In this document: one piece after another, positions 1 through 12,198 of the stretch | Position numbering within the stretch: position 1 is the first letter of the stretch | Layout of the letters: each line of letters opens with the position of its first letter | NCBI GenBank assembly: GCA_963796965.1 | Contig: CAWCNS010000007.1 | Location: 896,001-960,000, forward strand | Length of the DNA: 64,000 nucleotides | From: Calditrichia bacterium | Lineage (GTDB): Bacteria; Calditrichota; Calditrichia; JAJRVZ01 | Direction: 5' to 3' | Notes under the pieces: generated by a model | What the model was told of the DNA's origin: nothing | The model's database searches: none | The model's input: only the letters and a program-made list of their open reading frames with translations | Program-made: the position numbers and the translations under genes

Positions 1-356
1 TTCATTCCACCACAAGCATTCGAGATTAGCAGATTCTTTATCCCTAGCCTTGCCATAACACGTACAGGGAATGTGATCTGCTTCATTGAATAACCTTCAT
101 AATAATGAAAACGACCTTGCATGGCTATAACAGATTTTCCAGCCAATTTTCCTATGATTAACTTGCCCTCATGTGTTTCCACTGTAGAGAGAGGAAAATG
201 AGGAATATCTTTATACGAAAGCGTTATCTCGATATCAATTTCCTGGACAAGTCCACCCAATCCCGTGCCCAAAATAATACCAATCTGCGGTTCTATACTT
301 GTATGAGACCGAATATATTCAATCGCATTATCAATTTGCTGAACATATGATTCCAT
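1..356 (-). CDS. Purine nucleoside phosphorylase (5' part; runs off window)
   Basis: Manual translation from ATG at 356: [50 protein letters not shown], typical trimeric PNP motifs. Confidence 0.9.
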   Translation of the reverse strand, partial: MESYVQQIDNAIEYIRSHTSIEPQIGIILGTGLGGLVQEIDIEITLSYKDIPHFPLSTVETHEGKLIIGKLAGKSVIAMQGRFHYYEGYSMKQITFPVRVMARLGIKNLLISNACGGM

Positions 357-380
357 TAATTTTCCTTCGAAAAGATCAGC

Positions 381-1016
381 CTAATTATCTTTTTTCTTCA
401 GATCTTTTTTTAATTCTTCCTGTTTCTTCTGTTGTTCCTTTAGTCTTTTTTTCTCTTCCTCAAGACGTTGTCTTAATTTGGCTTGACTATCCTGATATCG
501 TGACTCGCGTATTTCATCTACAGCATCTTCTCTATCACTTTCACTACCCTGTATACCGAAATAAACGCCGCCCAGGATACCTAAACCAGCCATGGGATAT
601 ATTGGTGCAATATCTGCATCCTGGGAGTTTGCAATAGCAGCTACCCCAAACCCAACAGCAGCCCCCAGGACAAAACCACCTAGCCCATAAGCTAATGTCT
701 TTGAAATACCCTTGGCATCACTTATTTGTTCATCTGTTATTTCTTTACCCTGCAAATCATATACTTTATCTGCTTTCGCAATCGCCTTCACCTTTTTTAC
801 ATCAAGATATTCAGGTTTCTGACTGTCAGCATCCATATAGAGTAATTTGTCACCTTCTTTTTTTAGAATCACACCCCGCCTTGATGATCCGTCAACCATC
901 TTGATCTCTACAGATGCACCAATGGGCGGTTTATCAATTCGTATAGAAGATCCACTACAACCGATAAAAATATTAAACAAACTAATGAGTAGAACACCAG
1001 TAATTATTTTTCTCAT
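381..1016 (-). CDS. Hypothetical lipoprotein/membrane protein
   Basis: 211-aa ORF, signal peptide with lipobox-like FIGC, two glycine-rich hydrophobic segments, C-terminal coiled coil. Confidence 0.6.
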   Translation of the reverse strand: MRKIITGVLLISLFNIFIGCSGSSIRIDKPPIGASVEIKMVDGSSRRGVILKKEGDKLLYMDADSQKPEYLDVKKVKAIAKADKVYDLQGKEITDEQISDAKGISKTLAYGLGGFVLGAAVGFGVAAIANSQDADIAPIYPMAGLGILGGVYFGIQGSESDREDAVDEIRESRYQDSQAKLRQRLEEEKKRLKEQQKKQEELKKDLKKKDN

Positions 1017-1034
1017 GGCGTCTATCCTTTCAAG

Positions 1035-1733
1035 TTATTTGATAAATGTCTCCATATCATCTCCAAAAACATCCCGAAACAGATTTGTACCATCTTCCTT
1101 TTGTTGGGGATTAATTCCCGCTTCAGGTGACTTAGTTACCTCAACTTTTTTCTGTGGTTGCTTCTCAGGTGGCACTGACGGTTGAGGCATATGTGGTTTT
1201 TTCAGTTCAACAGGTTTTGGTGTGCCCTCATTAGTTGCTGAAAAAACCTTTTTTGTTCTATCTTTCAGTTTACCTAAATCAGAATCTTCTATCTCCAAAA
1301 CATCCATTAGCTCCAGTTGAGATGTCAACACATGACGCAGCCTGGTGATCAATGATTGCTTTTGTGTCTGAAGGGTTATAACCTCTTCTTTCATATTATC
1401 CCGCTCACGTCGCGCTTCTTCAACCATTTTCTGCACTTCAAGTTCTGCTTCCTTGCGCATCAGAACCGCTTCTTTTTTTGAATTTTCTAGCGATTTGTCT
1501 GAAGTTTGTTGCACATTCATCAAAGTTTGTTTTAAAGTACTCTCGACCTCTTTAAACTTGCTCAATTCGGATTCCAGGGCAATAATCTTTTTATCATATT
1601 CACGAACATCCTGAAGCAACTTCTCAAATTCATTACCAACCATTTCCAGGAACGTATCCACTTCTACAGTATCATAGCCGCGCATGCCTCTTTTAAATTC
1701 CTGCTGTTTTATTTCCATTGGTGTTATTTTCAC
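1035..1733 (-). CDS. DivIVA domain coiled-coil protein
   Basis: ITPMEIKQQEFKRGMRGYDTVEVDTFL DivIVA N-terminal motif; GAGGAGG RBS just upstream of GTG at 1736/1733. Confidence 0.85.
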   Translation of the reverse strand: MKITPMEIKQQEFKRGMRGYDTVEVDTFLEMVGNEFEKLLQDVREYDKKIIALESELSKFKEVESTLKQTLMNVQQTSDKSLENSKKEAVLMRKEAELEVQKMVEEARRERDNMKEEVITLQTQKQSLITRLRHVLTSQLELMDVLEIEDSDLGKLKDRTKKVFSATNEGTPKPVELKKPHMPQPSVPPEKQPQKKVEVTKSPEAGINPQQKEDGTNLFRDVFGDDMETFIK

Positions 1734-1961
1734 CACAGACCTCCTCGTTACCGCCAGAATCATTAGTAAGTTTTACCGACACAAATATTTCATCACTCGC
1801 AAAGACGCTAAGACGCAACGATTTTTTGTCTTTTGTCTTTTTTCTTTTGTCTTCTGACAAGTTGCGACTTTGCGTTTTGGCGAGAGAATTTTACAATAAA
1901 ATCAGATCAATATTTTCCAATATTGGCTATCAAAAATTGCTTATTACTATTAAACCATTAC

Positions 1962-2660
1962 CTAAATCATTTCCCGTGGCCCGAAAATTGCCGTACCGAT
2001 CCTAACCAGATTACTACCTTCATTTATAGCAATTTCAAAATCATCACTCATCCCCATGGAAAGAGTGGTCATATTGATATTATTAGACTCATACTTTTTT
2101 AAATAATCAAATGAGTTTCTCAAGCTGGCAAAACTTTTTATGATCCTACCCCTATCCTGTGTTAATGGACCGATAGTCATTAACCCAGTCAAATCTACAA
2201 ACTCCCTTTTTTCAATCTCTTCACAAACATCTTCAATCTGCTCCAACTGAAAACCAAATTTTGTAGATTCGCCACTGGTATTAACCTGAAGCAATATCTT
2301 ATTCGTAATATTTTTCTGCTCTCCCAGGCTATCCAATTTCTTGATGAGGTTTATACTATCAACAGATTGAATTAATTCAACCTGCCCCACGATCTTATTG
2401 GCTTTATTACCCTGTAAATGGCCAACCATATGAAATTGTATATCCGAGCCCACATTTGAAATCTTGCTTAGCAATTCTTGAACGCGGTTCTCCCCAAATA
2501 TTTTAATTCCGGCTCGTTGTGCGTCATAGATTTTCTCAATAGGTTGTCTTTTTGAGACCGCAACAACTGTAATATCGCCTTCGGTTCTTCCCGATTTCTC
2601 AGCTGCGCATGCGATTAATTTTCGCACGTGTGCTACATTATTTTTTATAGTTTCTTTCAT
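1962..2660 (-). CDS. yggS: PLP homeostasis protein, YggS family
   Basis: VAVSK, FGENRVQE, HMVGHLQGNK, GLMTIG, LSMGMSDDF, VRIGTAIFG. Confidence 0.95.
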   Translation of the reverse strand: MKETIKNNVAHVRKLIACAAEKSGRTEGDITVVAVSKRQPIEKIYDAQRAGIKIFGENRVQELLSKISNVGSDIQFHMVGHLQGNKANKIVGQVELIQSVDSINLIKKLDSLGEQKNITNKILLQVNTSGESTKFGFQLEQIEDVCEEIEKREFVDLTGLMTIGPLTQDRGRIIKSFASLRNSFDYLKKYESNNINMTTLSMGMSDDFEIAINEGSNLVRIGTAIFGPREMI

Positions 2661-2819
2661 GACCAGAATCAATAAAGTTAACATATATGCCGTTTAAATG
2701 CAATGGATTCAAAAGGGCTTATTTTTAATATTTTTAATTGTTTCCGAGGCAAACATACAGTTTGTCCCTACGTCCTTTACGCCTCACGCTCTACGCCCTT
2801 GCCTATACGCTACACGTAA

Positions 2820-3134
2820 TTACGTTCCCTGTTGAAAGCCCATGTTTTTTGTTTTATTATCGATCCCCTTTAATTTAATTTCACCATATTGTTCTTCATA
2901 CTTTTTAATATTATCCTGCAAGGCCATCAAAAAGGATTTTGCATGTTGGGGTGCTTTTATGACCCGTGTATAGACCTTTGCCTTCGGTTTACCCGGTAAA
3001 ACACGGGCAAAATCGAAAATAAATTCTGCCGGTGAATGGGTTATCAAGACCAGGTTGGAATAGATGCCTTCAGCTTCGGCATCACCTAACTCAATATTAA
3101 TCTGTTGCTGACCCTGCTGTGGTATTTTGTTCAT
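2820..3134 (-). CDS. DUF3467 family protein
   Basis: INIEL..AEGIYSNL..HSPAEFIFDF..PQHAK pattern; GGAG RBS. Confidence 0.8.
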   Translation of the reverse strand: MNKIPQQGQQQINIELGDAEAEGIYSNLVLITHSPAEFIFDFARVLPGKPKAKVYTRVIKAPQHAKSFLMALQDNIKKYEEQYGEIKLKGIDNKTKNMGFQQGT

Positions 3135-3385
3135 TACTATCTCCTTTGAAGTTGTTTACAATTTTCATTTTTAATAAATTCAGTCTGGATGCCGGCTACC
3201 CGGCTCTCGGTTTTGGTATGTTCTCCCGGTTATGACATATCTCAGATTGTATTTAGCAATTTTTTGATTGAGGTATAAATAATCCATATTTTAAAATAAT
3301 CAAACCAGTAGCGAGTGCAAAGAACCGAGCACCAGGATCCAATTTAGAAACGCCTCATACACAAATCAAGTAAGGTAAGTGGTCA

Positions 3386-5188
3386 GTGTCACGTATACCC
3401 GAAACTAAAATAGAAGAGATCCAGAGCGCCAGTGACGTTGTGTCCGTGGTTTCACGATACGTGGCCTTAAAAAAGGCTGGTAAAAATTTTAAAGGGCTCT
3501 GCCCTTTCCACAAAGAGAAAACACCCTCATTCATCGTTAGTCCGGAAAAACAAATCTATCATTGCTTTGGCTGTGGTAAAGGCGGAAATGTATTTAATTT
3601 TCTGATGTCAGTAGAAAACATTTCCTATATTGAGTCGATCCGCCGGGTTGCCTCTGATCTAGGTATCACACTTCCTGATTATAGACCTGCAGATCAAAAA
3701 GCAGCAGATACTGAATATGATCATTTCTACCATGCCAACCAAATCGCCAGAGAATATTTTAGCCATTCTGTTTCCAACCCGGCCAGACAATATCTACAAT
3801 CACGCAAGCTGAAACAAGAAACGCTGGAGAGATATGCTGTTGGATATGCGGCTAATAAATGGGATGGATTAATTAATTTCCCCAAATATAAATCTATCAA
3901 TCCTGATGTTTATCTGGAATTAGGTCTGGTTCAAAAAAAGGAAGAGACTGAACGATACTTTGACCGTTTTCGTAACCGGATCATGTTTCCATTTTATAAT
4001 TTGTCGGGGCAAATTGTTGGTTTTGGCGGACGCAGAATAAACGAGAATGATCAACCAAAATATTTGAATTCACCTGAATCAAACATATATAAAAAGGGGG
4101 AAATATTATACGGACTTTACCAGGCTATTCCCGCCATCCGTGAGAAAAAAGCAGTCATTATCGTGGAAGGTTACTTCGATCTTTTAAGATTAGTAGATGA
4201 AGGTATTCAGAATGTCGTAGCATCCAGTGGTACAGCTCTTACCGAAGGACAAGCACGGCTGATAAAACGCTATACGGACAAGGCAATTATATCATACGAT
4301 AGCGATGACGCAGGGATAAAAGCGGCTGTCCGCAATAGTCAGATACTTGAGTCCCAGGATCTAACTGTTACGATGGTCGTCATGCCAAAGCCTTTTGACC
4401 CGGATACCTTTATACTGGAAAAAGGCAAATCAGCCTATACAGACCTTCTCAATTTACGAATAATGCCTATAGATTTTCAGTTAACAACATTACAGGCAAA
4501 GAGCAGAAATCTCGCACTTGAAGAGAAACAAATACTTATCGATGAGATGCTGGAAGATTATGTCAATATTCCCAATGATCTAAAAGTAGGGCTATACATA
4601 CATAAAATCGCTGATAAAATGGAAATCGCGGAGTCCTTTCTTATTTCAAGATTTAACGACTTAAAGAAACGAAGCCGTTATAGACCTACAGAGCAGGTAG
4701 AAAAAAAAGAGCCTAAAATTGGAACGATAAACAAAGGACAGTGGCGCGCCGAAGAAGATCTGATTTCAATTCTACTCCTTGATGACAAAGAAGTAGCGAG
4801 ATATATTTTTGATCACATTTCGACCGAAGAATTCGCCAACGATCATTTACGGGAAATATTCGAAATATTGGCCCACCAATGGGAAGAGATGGGCCATTTT
4901 TCCCTCAAGGAACTGGAGAAGGCAACAACAACCGAATCAGGAATGAGCCTTATTTCTAAATTATCTTTACAAGTAATAGAGCAACCGTTAAAATATGCAG
5001 CAGGTTGCCTGTATCGAATGCGGAAGTGGCATCTGGATGTCAAGTACAATGAGATTCTAAAACTTATGAAAGAAGAATCCGCATCAAGTAAATCTAAGAG
5101 CCACTATACAAAGGAGCTTTCAGAAATTAGATTGCTAATTTCAGAGGTAGAGATAGAACGCACAAAAATGTTTAATACCAGTTATTAG
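3386..5188 (+). CDS. dnaG: DNA primase
   Basis: CPFH..CFGC zinc finger, DRFRNRIMFP, KYLNSPE, VEGYFD, YDSDDAG TOPRIM. Confidence 0.97.
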   Translation: MSRIPETKIEEIQSASDVVSVVSRYVALKKAGKNFKGLCPFHKEKTPSFIVSPEKQIYHCFGCGKGGNVFNFLMSVENISYIESIRRVASDLGITLPDYRPADQKAADTEYDHFYHANQIAREYFSHSVSNPARQYLQSRKLKQETLERYAVGYAANKWDGLINFPKYKSINPDVYLELGLVQKKEETERYFDRFRNRIMFPFYNLSGQIVGFGGRRINENDQPKYLNSPESNIYKKGEILYGLYQAIPAIREKKAVIIVEGYFDLLRLVDEGIQNVVASSGTALTEGQARLIKRYTDKAIISYDSDDAGIKAAVRNSQILESQDLTVTMVVMPKPFDPDTFILEKGKSAYTDLLNLRIMPIDFQLTTLQAKSRNLALEEKQILIDEMLEDYVNIPNDLKVGLYIHKIADKMEIAESFLISRFNDLKKRSRYRPTEQVEKKEPKIGTINKGQWRAEEDLISILLLDDKEVARYIFDHISTEEFANDHLREIFEILAHQWEEMGHFSLKELEKATTTESGMSLISKLSLQVIEQPLKYAAGCLYRMRKWHLDVKYNEILKLMKEESASSKSKSHYTKELSEIRLLISEVEIERTKMFNTSY

Positions 5189-5258
5189 TTATGGTGATAT
5201 ATCACTGGTCCATAAAGCTATAATCATATTCTAAATCATTCTTTACAAGGATAAAATT

Positions 5259-5274
5259 GGTGACAAAGATCACA
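5259..5274. promoter_or_regulatory. Possible CRP/FNR-family site GGTGA-N6-TCACA
   Basis: 9/10 match to TGTGA-N6-TCACA about 130 bp upstream of the response regulator/MBL hydrolase pair. Confidence 0.3.
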
Positions 5275-5404
5275 TCTCAATACATCCTAAGACATTAGTT
5301 TAATTAAAGTTATGATCAATACAAATAAAAATTCTATTGCAGGAATTATATGACCCATAAAAACAGTTACTTAAATAAAAACATTTTTAAAAGCATAAAG
5401 GAGA

Positions 5405-5779
5405 ATGATTGTGGGTGATAGTATTGATGTCCTGATGATTGATGACAATGATCTCCAATTGGAATATCTCACCGATCTCTTAAAAAAACATGGTCTTGTG
5501 GCTCAGACTTTAAACGACAGTACTAAGGCCGTTGATACAATGGTTCAAGTAAAACCTAAATTAGTAATATTGGACCTTATGATGCCGCAACTGGATGGCT
5601 TTTCTGTACTAAAAAGAATGCGGGAGAACAAATCTCTGGAATCTATTCCAGTGATTATTTATACAGGGAAATATTATCCAATTGATGAAAAAAAGGCAAA
5701 AAATTTGGGCGCGAATTCATACCTCGTAAAACCCTTAAAAGGATCTCTACTCGTTGAAGAAATAAAAAAATACATTTAA
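5405..5779 (+). CDS. Single-domain response regulator
   Basis: IDD, ILDLMMPQLDG, YTG, KP receiver motifs. Confidence 0.9.
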   Translation: MIVGDSIDVLMIDDNDLQLEYLTDLLKKHGLVAQTLNDSTKAVDTMVQVKPKLVILDLMMPQLDGFSVLKRMRENKSLESIPVIIYTGKYYPIDEKKAKNLGANSYLVKPLKGSLLVEEIKKYI

Positions 5780-5790
5780 AGAGGAAAATT

Positions 5791-6681
5791 ATGGCTTCAA
5801 TCAAATTCTGGGGGGTTCGGGGATCAATTCCAACTCCCGGACCATCGACTAGTCGCTATGGTGGCAATACACCTTGTTTGCAATTATTTTATGATGATGA
5901 AAAGTTTTTTATTCTTGATGCAGGATCGGGTATACGTGAACTTGGTCAACATTTAATGAAGCAAGGTAAATCCGTCAATTCTCATATATTTATAAGCCAT
6001 ATGCATTGGGACCATATTCAGGGAATTCCATTTTTTGTGCCTGCATATATCCCTGGTAATCACTTTGTCTTTCATGGTGCCCAGGAAGCAGATTTGTCAC
6101 TTGAGGATATACTTGCCGATCAGATGAATCCGGTAAACTTTCCTGTTCAAATTGATGAGATGTCCTCAAAATTTGACTTTGAACCTATGTACGAAGGAGA
6201 ATATACATTTGATGACATTAAAGTAGAGGCAATCTACCTCAATCATCCAGGATACGCTCTTGGTTACAAGTTTCATGTCAATGGTAAATCAGTCGTCTAT
6301 ATTAGTGACAATGAGCCCTATGCGGTTCATCCGGCAGTACCACATGATACAGATAACCCCGATGAAATTACTTTTGTGGAAGATGGCAATAAACGACTGT
6401 TAAATTTTGCAAAAGATGTAGATATATTTATTCATGATGCCCAATACACACCCGAAGAGTATAAAACAAAGATAAAATGGGGACATTCTCCTTTTGATTA
6501 CACAGTCAAGGTTGCTCTTGGAGCAAAGGTAAAGACATTGGTTATGTTTCACCATGATCCTCTGCATGATGATGCTTTTGTTGATTCCATGGTTGAATCT
6601 GCTAAGAAAATTTCATGGCAGGAAGGTAGCAATATGCGAATTTTAGGCGCTCAAGAGGGTATGGAATTATCATTGGATTAA
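5791..6681 (+). CDS. Metallo-beta-lactamase fold hydrolase (possible phosphodiesterase)
   Basis: GVRGSIP, GGNTPC, SHMHWDHIQG, HDAQY, WGHS, FHHDP. Confidence 0.9.
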   Translation: MASIKFWGVRGSIPTPGPSTSRYGGNTPCLQLFYDDEKFFILDAGSGIRELGQHLMKQGKSVNSHIFISHMHWDHIQGIPFFVPAYIPGNHFVFHGAQEADLSLEDILADQMNPVNFPVQIDEMSSKFDFEPMYEGEYTFDDIKVEAIYLNHPGYALGYKFHVNGKSVVYISDNEPYAVHPAVPHDTDNPDEITFVEDGNKRLLNFAKDVDIFIHDAQYTPEEYKTKIKWGHSPFDYTVKVALGAKVKTLVMFHHDPLHDDAFVDSMVESAKKISWQEGSNMRILGAQEGMELSLD

Positions 6682-9420
6682 TGTGCCTCAAGCCAGTTAT
6701 TACCAATACCAATTTCTACAATCACCGGTACATGTAGCAACATTGCATTTTCCATATTTTCTTTCACTAATTGAGACATTTTATCTATTTCTGCAGCAGG
6801 AACTTCAAAAACAAGTTCATCATGAACCTGAAGTATCATTTTGCTCTTCAATTTCTCGGATTTTATTTTTCTATTTACATCAATCATTGCCATCTTTATC
6901 ATGTCCGCGGCACTGCCCTGAATAGGTGTGTTAATGGAAGTGCGCTCAGCGAACTCTCTCAGCTGTCTGTTTGAACTGTGTATCTGTGGTAAATAACGCC
7001 GCCTGCCCATCATAGTTACAACATAACCATTCATATCGGCCTCAGCAATAGTATTACGCATAAATTCCTGAATCCTGGGATAGGTGGCAAAATAATTAAA
7101 AATAAATTCCTCTGCTTCAGCCACCGATATTTCCAACCTGTTTGCCAATCCATATTTGCTCATACCATAGATAATTCCAAAATTAATTTCTTTTGCCTTT
7201 CGCCTTTGATCGACATCGACTTCATCGATAGGAATGTCAAACACCAATGCAGCAGTAGCCGTGTGAATATCGAGGTTTTGTTTAAAACTATCCGCCATTT
7301 TATCATCACCAGACAAGTGAGCCATGATGCGCAGTTCAATTTGAGAATAATCAGCGCTCATGATGAGTGTGTCCGATTCTGCTGGTTTGAAAGCTTTTCG
7401 CATTTCACGGCCTATCTCTGTCCGAATTGGAATATTTTGCAGGTTTGGATTTACGCTGGAGAGCCTACCTGTTGAAGCAATCGTTTGGTTAAAAGACGTA
7501 TGTACACGTCCTGTTGTTGGATGAATCAAATCTGGCAATGCATCGACATAGGTGTTTTTTAGTTTAGCAAGTTTACGATATTCAAGTATGGTTTTGGGAA
7601 GAGGGTGCCCATGGTACCGCTCCAGGATCTGTTCTGATGTGGAATACTGACCCGTCTTCGTGCGCTTTGGCTTACGCATATTAATCTCTTTATGGATTTC
7701 CATTTTATCAAATAGAATTGTGCCAAGCTGCTGTGGTGAATTTATATTGAAGGTCTCACCCGCTTGCTCAATAATAGATTTTTCTAACTCTCTAATTTTT
7801 ATACTAAGTTCTACAGATAACTTTGAAAGCAAATCCACATCCAGGGTTACCCCCTGTTCTTCCATTTCAATTAACACTTCAACTAAGGGCATTTCCATAT
7901 CGTAGAATAGTGATTCGAGACTCAAGATCTTTTAATTTTGGCTTAAAGATTTCCATGAGTTGCCAAGTAATATCTGCATCCTCACAAGCATAATTAAAGA
8001 CGTCCTTACCAGAAATATCTGTCATTTTTTTTTGATCTTTTCCTGTACCAATCAATTCCTCAATACTGATCATTTGATAGTCCAGATATTCGAGTGCAAG
8101 ATGATCAAGGCTATGTTGCCCTGCTATTGCATTCAGCAAAAATGATGCAATCATGGTATCAAAATATAGATTATTCACCCTGATCCCATTTTGTCTCATA
8201 ACCATTGCATCAAATTTTATATTCTGGGCAACTTTTTTATATTTTGTATCTTCAAAAAATATTCTGATTTTCGAAATCACCATTTCCGGATCAATTTTTG
8301 AGTCGGGATGACCCATTGAAATGTAGTAGGCAGTCCCTTCCTGGAAACTTATAGCAATTCCAGCGATCTTAGCTGTAAAGGTGTCCAAAGAATCGGTTTC
8401 CAGATCAAAAACAAAAATTTCCTGTTTGGCCCACAGATCAATGAGACTGTTTAGAGATACTTCATCATTTATATGATGATAGTGTATATTTTTTTCCGAG
8501 AGAACCGATTTTTCTTCATTATCTATACCACTAACCGAAGCATGTACTGAATTAGCCCGTGTAACCAGACGGTTAAATTCCATGTCCTTTAATAGAACTT
8601 CCAGAGCAGATTTATCCCAGGTTTTTAACTGACAATCATCTAAACCACTGTTTAGTTCAACATTATCATCTAAGACCACTAATTCTTTTGAAAGATAGGC
8701 CATTTCTTTGTTTTCAATTAACTTCTGTTTAATACCCACCTTTGAAACCTGATCCACATTCTCATATAAGTTATCAAGGGAGTGGAATTGCTCGAGTAAT
8801 GCACAAGCTGTTTTCTCCCCTACAGACGGAACACCCGGAACATTGTCCGATTTATCACCCATTAATGCTAACCAATCAGTTATCTGTTCAGGATAAATAC
8901 CATATTTTTCTTTTATTTGATTACGATCGAGTATATCAGGGGGAATATTGGGGGATTTTGACATGGTGTAAATTGATATATGATCAGAGACCAGTTGAGC
9001 AAGGTCCTTATCTCCAGAGATGATGTATACTTCCAATTCTTCAGAAGCGTTTTCCCGGGCTAAGGTAGCAATAATATCATCTGCTTCAAATCCTGGTTTT
9101 TCCATAATGGAAAGATTTAGAGTTTCAAGTACCTGACGAAGGCGTGGAAAAGTTTCGGCCATCTCTTCGGGCATTTTTTCTCTTGTTGCTTTATATTCTT
9201 TATATATCTCATGACGAAAAGTAGATTCTTTGGTATCAAAGATTACTGCAAGATAATCCGGTTTTTCATCCTCAATTAACTTAAAGACGGTGTTAAGGAA
9301 GCCAAAAGTTGCGCTTGTATTCTCGCCCTTAGAATTGATGAGTGGATTTCGAATAAAGGCAAAGTAGCTTCTATAGAATATGGCAGAACCGTCAAGTAAG
9401 AAGAATTTTTTAGCTGGCAT
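6678..9420 (-). CDS. polA: DNA polymerase I (one frameshift near 7920)
   Basis: 5'-3' exo and 3'-5' exo domains in 7879..9420; polymerase domain (ADYSQIELR, AKEINFGIIYG, QVHDEL) in 6678..7925. Confidence 0.95.
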
Positions 9421-9732
9421 GTCATTTCCTTATTTTGATCAGAATGATGCTATAAGAGTTTCGATTTTGGATTTTGGACTTTGGATTTTAGTGTAATTTG
9501 TTAAGAATTGTATTAGTTCTTTATTTATTGATCACAATCCACTCTTATACCAATTGAATATTCCACAATGACTATTGAATATTCGACACACAATACATTG
9601 ATTGTGAATTACGATCAATAGGCGCAATAGATTGTGCCTCTACACATGGCTGTATCCCTTTAAACGTCTCACGTTTGCCGTTTGACATTTCACATTATAT
9701 CATTTACTTATATTAAACAAATCATCGGAACA

Positions 9733-12078
9733 TTATATTTCTACAACCGTCACACCTGCGTCACCTTCGCCATATTTTCCCAATCGGTAGGATTTGATAT
9801 TTTTGTTTTTCTTTAGATAACCATGAACTTTGCCCCGTAAAGCGCCAGTACCTTTTCCATGAATGATTCTCACTTCCTTCCAGGCCGAGTTTAATGCATG
9901 TGCAAGATATTGATCCAATTCGATAAGCGCGTCGTCAGCAATTTGTCCCCGAAGATCAATCTCATTCAGAACCTGTGAGCTGTCCACTTCATGGCCCACA
10001 TCCTGTAATGATCGCTTAATCTTTACACCCTCAACAATAAATATATCGGAGAAAGGAATGATCATTTTAACACCCCTCGCATTTATTTCCACCTGTTTTT
10101 TATCCTTAAAGATCCTTTCGATCTGACCACTCACAGTAAATCGACTACTTTTAACTGATTGTCCGATATGGAGATCTTCAACTGCGATCTCTTCAACTGC
10201 TCTCTTTGGGAGTTTTCCTTTTACTTTTATCTGTAACTGCTGTATTTTTTTTCTACCGTTTTTTACAACTTCCGGTTTTGCACTACTTTCTTTAATTTCC
10301 CGGATCACGGTTTCTATGGTACGATTTACATCACTCAATATTTCATTTGCCTCGGCAACATATTCCGCTTCATATTTTTTTCGCTTCTTTTTTAGATCCT
10401 CGGCCCTGGTGCTATAAAGTGATTTGAGACCCTCAAGTTCCGACTCTTTAATTGATAATTCCTTAAAAAGTTCGTCATATTCCTGTCGCTTTTTTGTTAA
10501 TTCAGTGATCATGCTCTCCAATTCGTCATGAGAGCTGCCCATGAGTTTGCGTGCCCTATCTAAAACATCAGATTTAACACCCAATCTTTCTGATATTTCA
10601 AAAGCATAACTGCTGCCTGGAATACCGAGTTCAATTTTAAAAAGCGGAGAAAGCGTATTAAAATCAAATTGCATCGCAGCATTTGCAACCTGTTCTGTCT
10701 TGTGTGCAAAGGCTTTTAATTCGCCAAGATGGGTTGTGACAATTGTAACCATACCCTCGCTGTTTAGACTTTCAAGCATCGACATGGCTAACGCTGAGCC
10801 TTCAGCAGGATCAGTACCAGTCCCAATTTCATCAATAAGCACCAGGAACCGATTAGCCTGATTCTCAATCACCTGATTTATTTTAGTAATATGGGAAGAA
10901 AATGTACTTAGGTCATTTTCAATAGACTGTTCATCTCCAATAATTGCCGCCATTTGTTCACATACAGGAAAACTTGAACCTTCATCGACAGGTATGTGAA
11001 AGCCACATTGGAAAAGAAGTTGTAAGAGGCCTACAGTTTTAAGGGCAACTGTTTTACCTCCGGCATTTGGTCCGGTTATAACGATCATACGATAATCAAA
11101 TCCTAATCTCAAAGATAGAGGAATCGTTGTGTCACCATCCTTTTTTAATAGTAGGGGATGATAACCGTTTCTCAAATCCCATGAAAAATCTTTACTTACC
11201 TGAGGTGCTTTCCCATTTACAGAAACTGAATATTGAGCCTTAGCCTGCACTACATCCAAATGAATCAAATTTTCCAGATTGATGAACAGCGCTTCACCAT
11301 GATTCTTAATATTGGCAGAGAGTCGTTTAAGAATGCGAATGATTTCATTTTTTTCCTGATTATATAGTTCAAATATTTCATTATTTAATGCTACAACAGA
11401 CATCGGTTCAACAAAATGTGTCTGCCCTGTACCGGACTGACCATGCACTATTCCAGGTATCCTGTTTACCGAAAATTCGCGCACTGGAATTACTAAACGT
11501 CCATCACGAAGGGAAATAAAATCTTCTCTTAAATGTTCTTTTTGCCGCTTTTTTATTCTTTCAAGTTTTGTGTGTATCTGTTTACTAACAGATGAAATTT
11601 GAGAGCGTATATGTCTGAGTTCATTGCTTGCATTGTCGAAAATATTTCCAGCCGGATCTATTGTGTTTTTTAACAAATTGGAGAGGTTAAAGAGCGGATC
11701 GATTCTGGATGCAAATTTTTTAAGTCTGGGGTAAGAGGATTCTTTCTTTGTAAAGAAGGTTTCTATGTTTGCTGAAACTTCCAGAAAATTTTGAATCTTC
11801 TGACAATCTTTGATATCAAGATAACTACCTTCAGGTTCTATTTTATTGAGTAAAATCCGCACATCATCAAATGACCACAAAGGTAATCCGCCATCAGTTT
11901 CATATATTTCTCTGCCTTCGGATACATCGGCAAGAGCCCCTATCAAAAGATTACGATCATCTTTCGCTTCGCTTTGACGGATACGGATCTTGCCCAATTC
12001 ACTAACGCATTTTGTGCTGATATATTCAAGAACCTTATCAAATTCCAGGACATGATCAGATTCGAGGAGAATTTTCAT
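9733..12078 (-). CDS. mutS2: Endonuclease MutS2
   Basis: ITGPNAGGKT, STFSSH, DEIGTGTDP, C-terminal Smr domain IIHGKGTGALR. Confidence 0.95.
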   Translation of the reverse strand: MKILLESDHVLEFDKVLEYISTKCVSELGKIRIRQSEAKDDRNLLIGALADVSEGREIYETDGGLPLWSFDDVRILLNKIEPEGSYLDIKDCQKIQNFLEVSANIETFFTKKESSYPRLKKFASRIDPLFNLSNLLKNTIDPAGNIFDNASNELRHIRSQISSVSKQIHTKLERIKKRQKEHLREDFISLRDGRLVIPVREFSVNRIPGIVHGQSGTGQTHFVEPMSVVALNNEIFELYNQEKNEIIRILKRLSANIKNHGEALFINLENLIHLDVVQAKAQYSVSVNGKAPQVSKDFSWDLRNGYHPLLLKKDGDTTIPLSLRLGFDYRMIVITGPNAGGKTVALKTVGLLQLLFQCGFHIPVDEGSSFPVCEQMAAIIGDEQSIENDLSTFSSHITKINQVIENQANRFLVLIDEIGTGTDPAEGSALAMSMLESLNSEGMVTIVTTHLGELKAFAHKTEQVANAAMQFDFNTLSPLFKIELGIPGSSYAFEISERLGVKSDVLDRARKLMGSSHDELESMITELTKKRQEYDELFKELSIKESELEGLKSLYSTRAEDLKKKRKKYEAEYVAEANEILSDVNRTIETVIREIKESSAKPEVVKNGRKKIQQLQIKVKGKLPKRAVEEIAVEDLHIGQSVKSSRFTVSGQIERIFKDKKQVEINARGVKMIIPFSDIFIVEGVKIKRSLQDVGHEVDSSQVLNEIDLRGQIADDALIELDQYLAHALNSAWKEVRIIHGKGTGALRGKVHGYLKKNKNIKSYRLGKYGEGDAGVTVVEI

Positions 12079-12198
12079 TTTAGCTATCCCGTTAGAAATG
12101 GAGGATTGTAAAGAATAACCAAAGAGAATATCCGTGGTTAGAATTTTTTATCGTAATATACACACTTGGGTAAAAGATATTTGGTCGCTCTATTCCTT

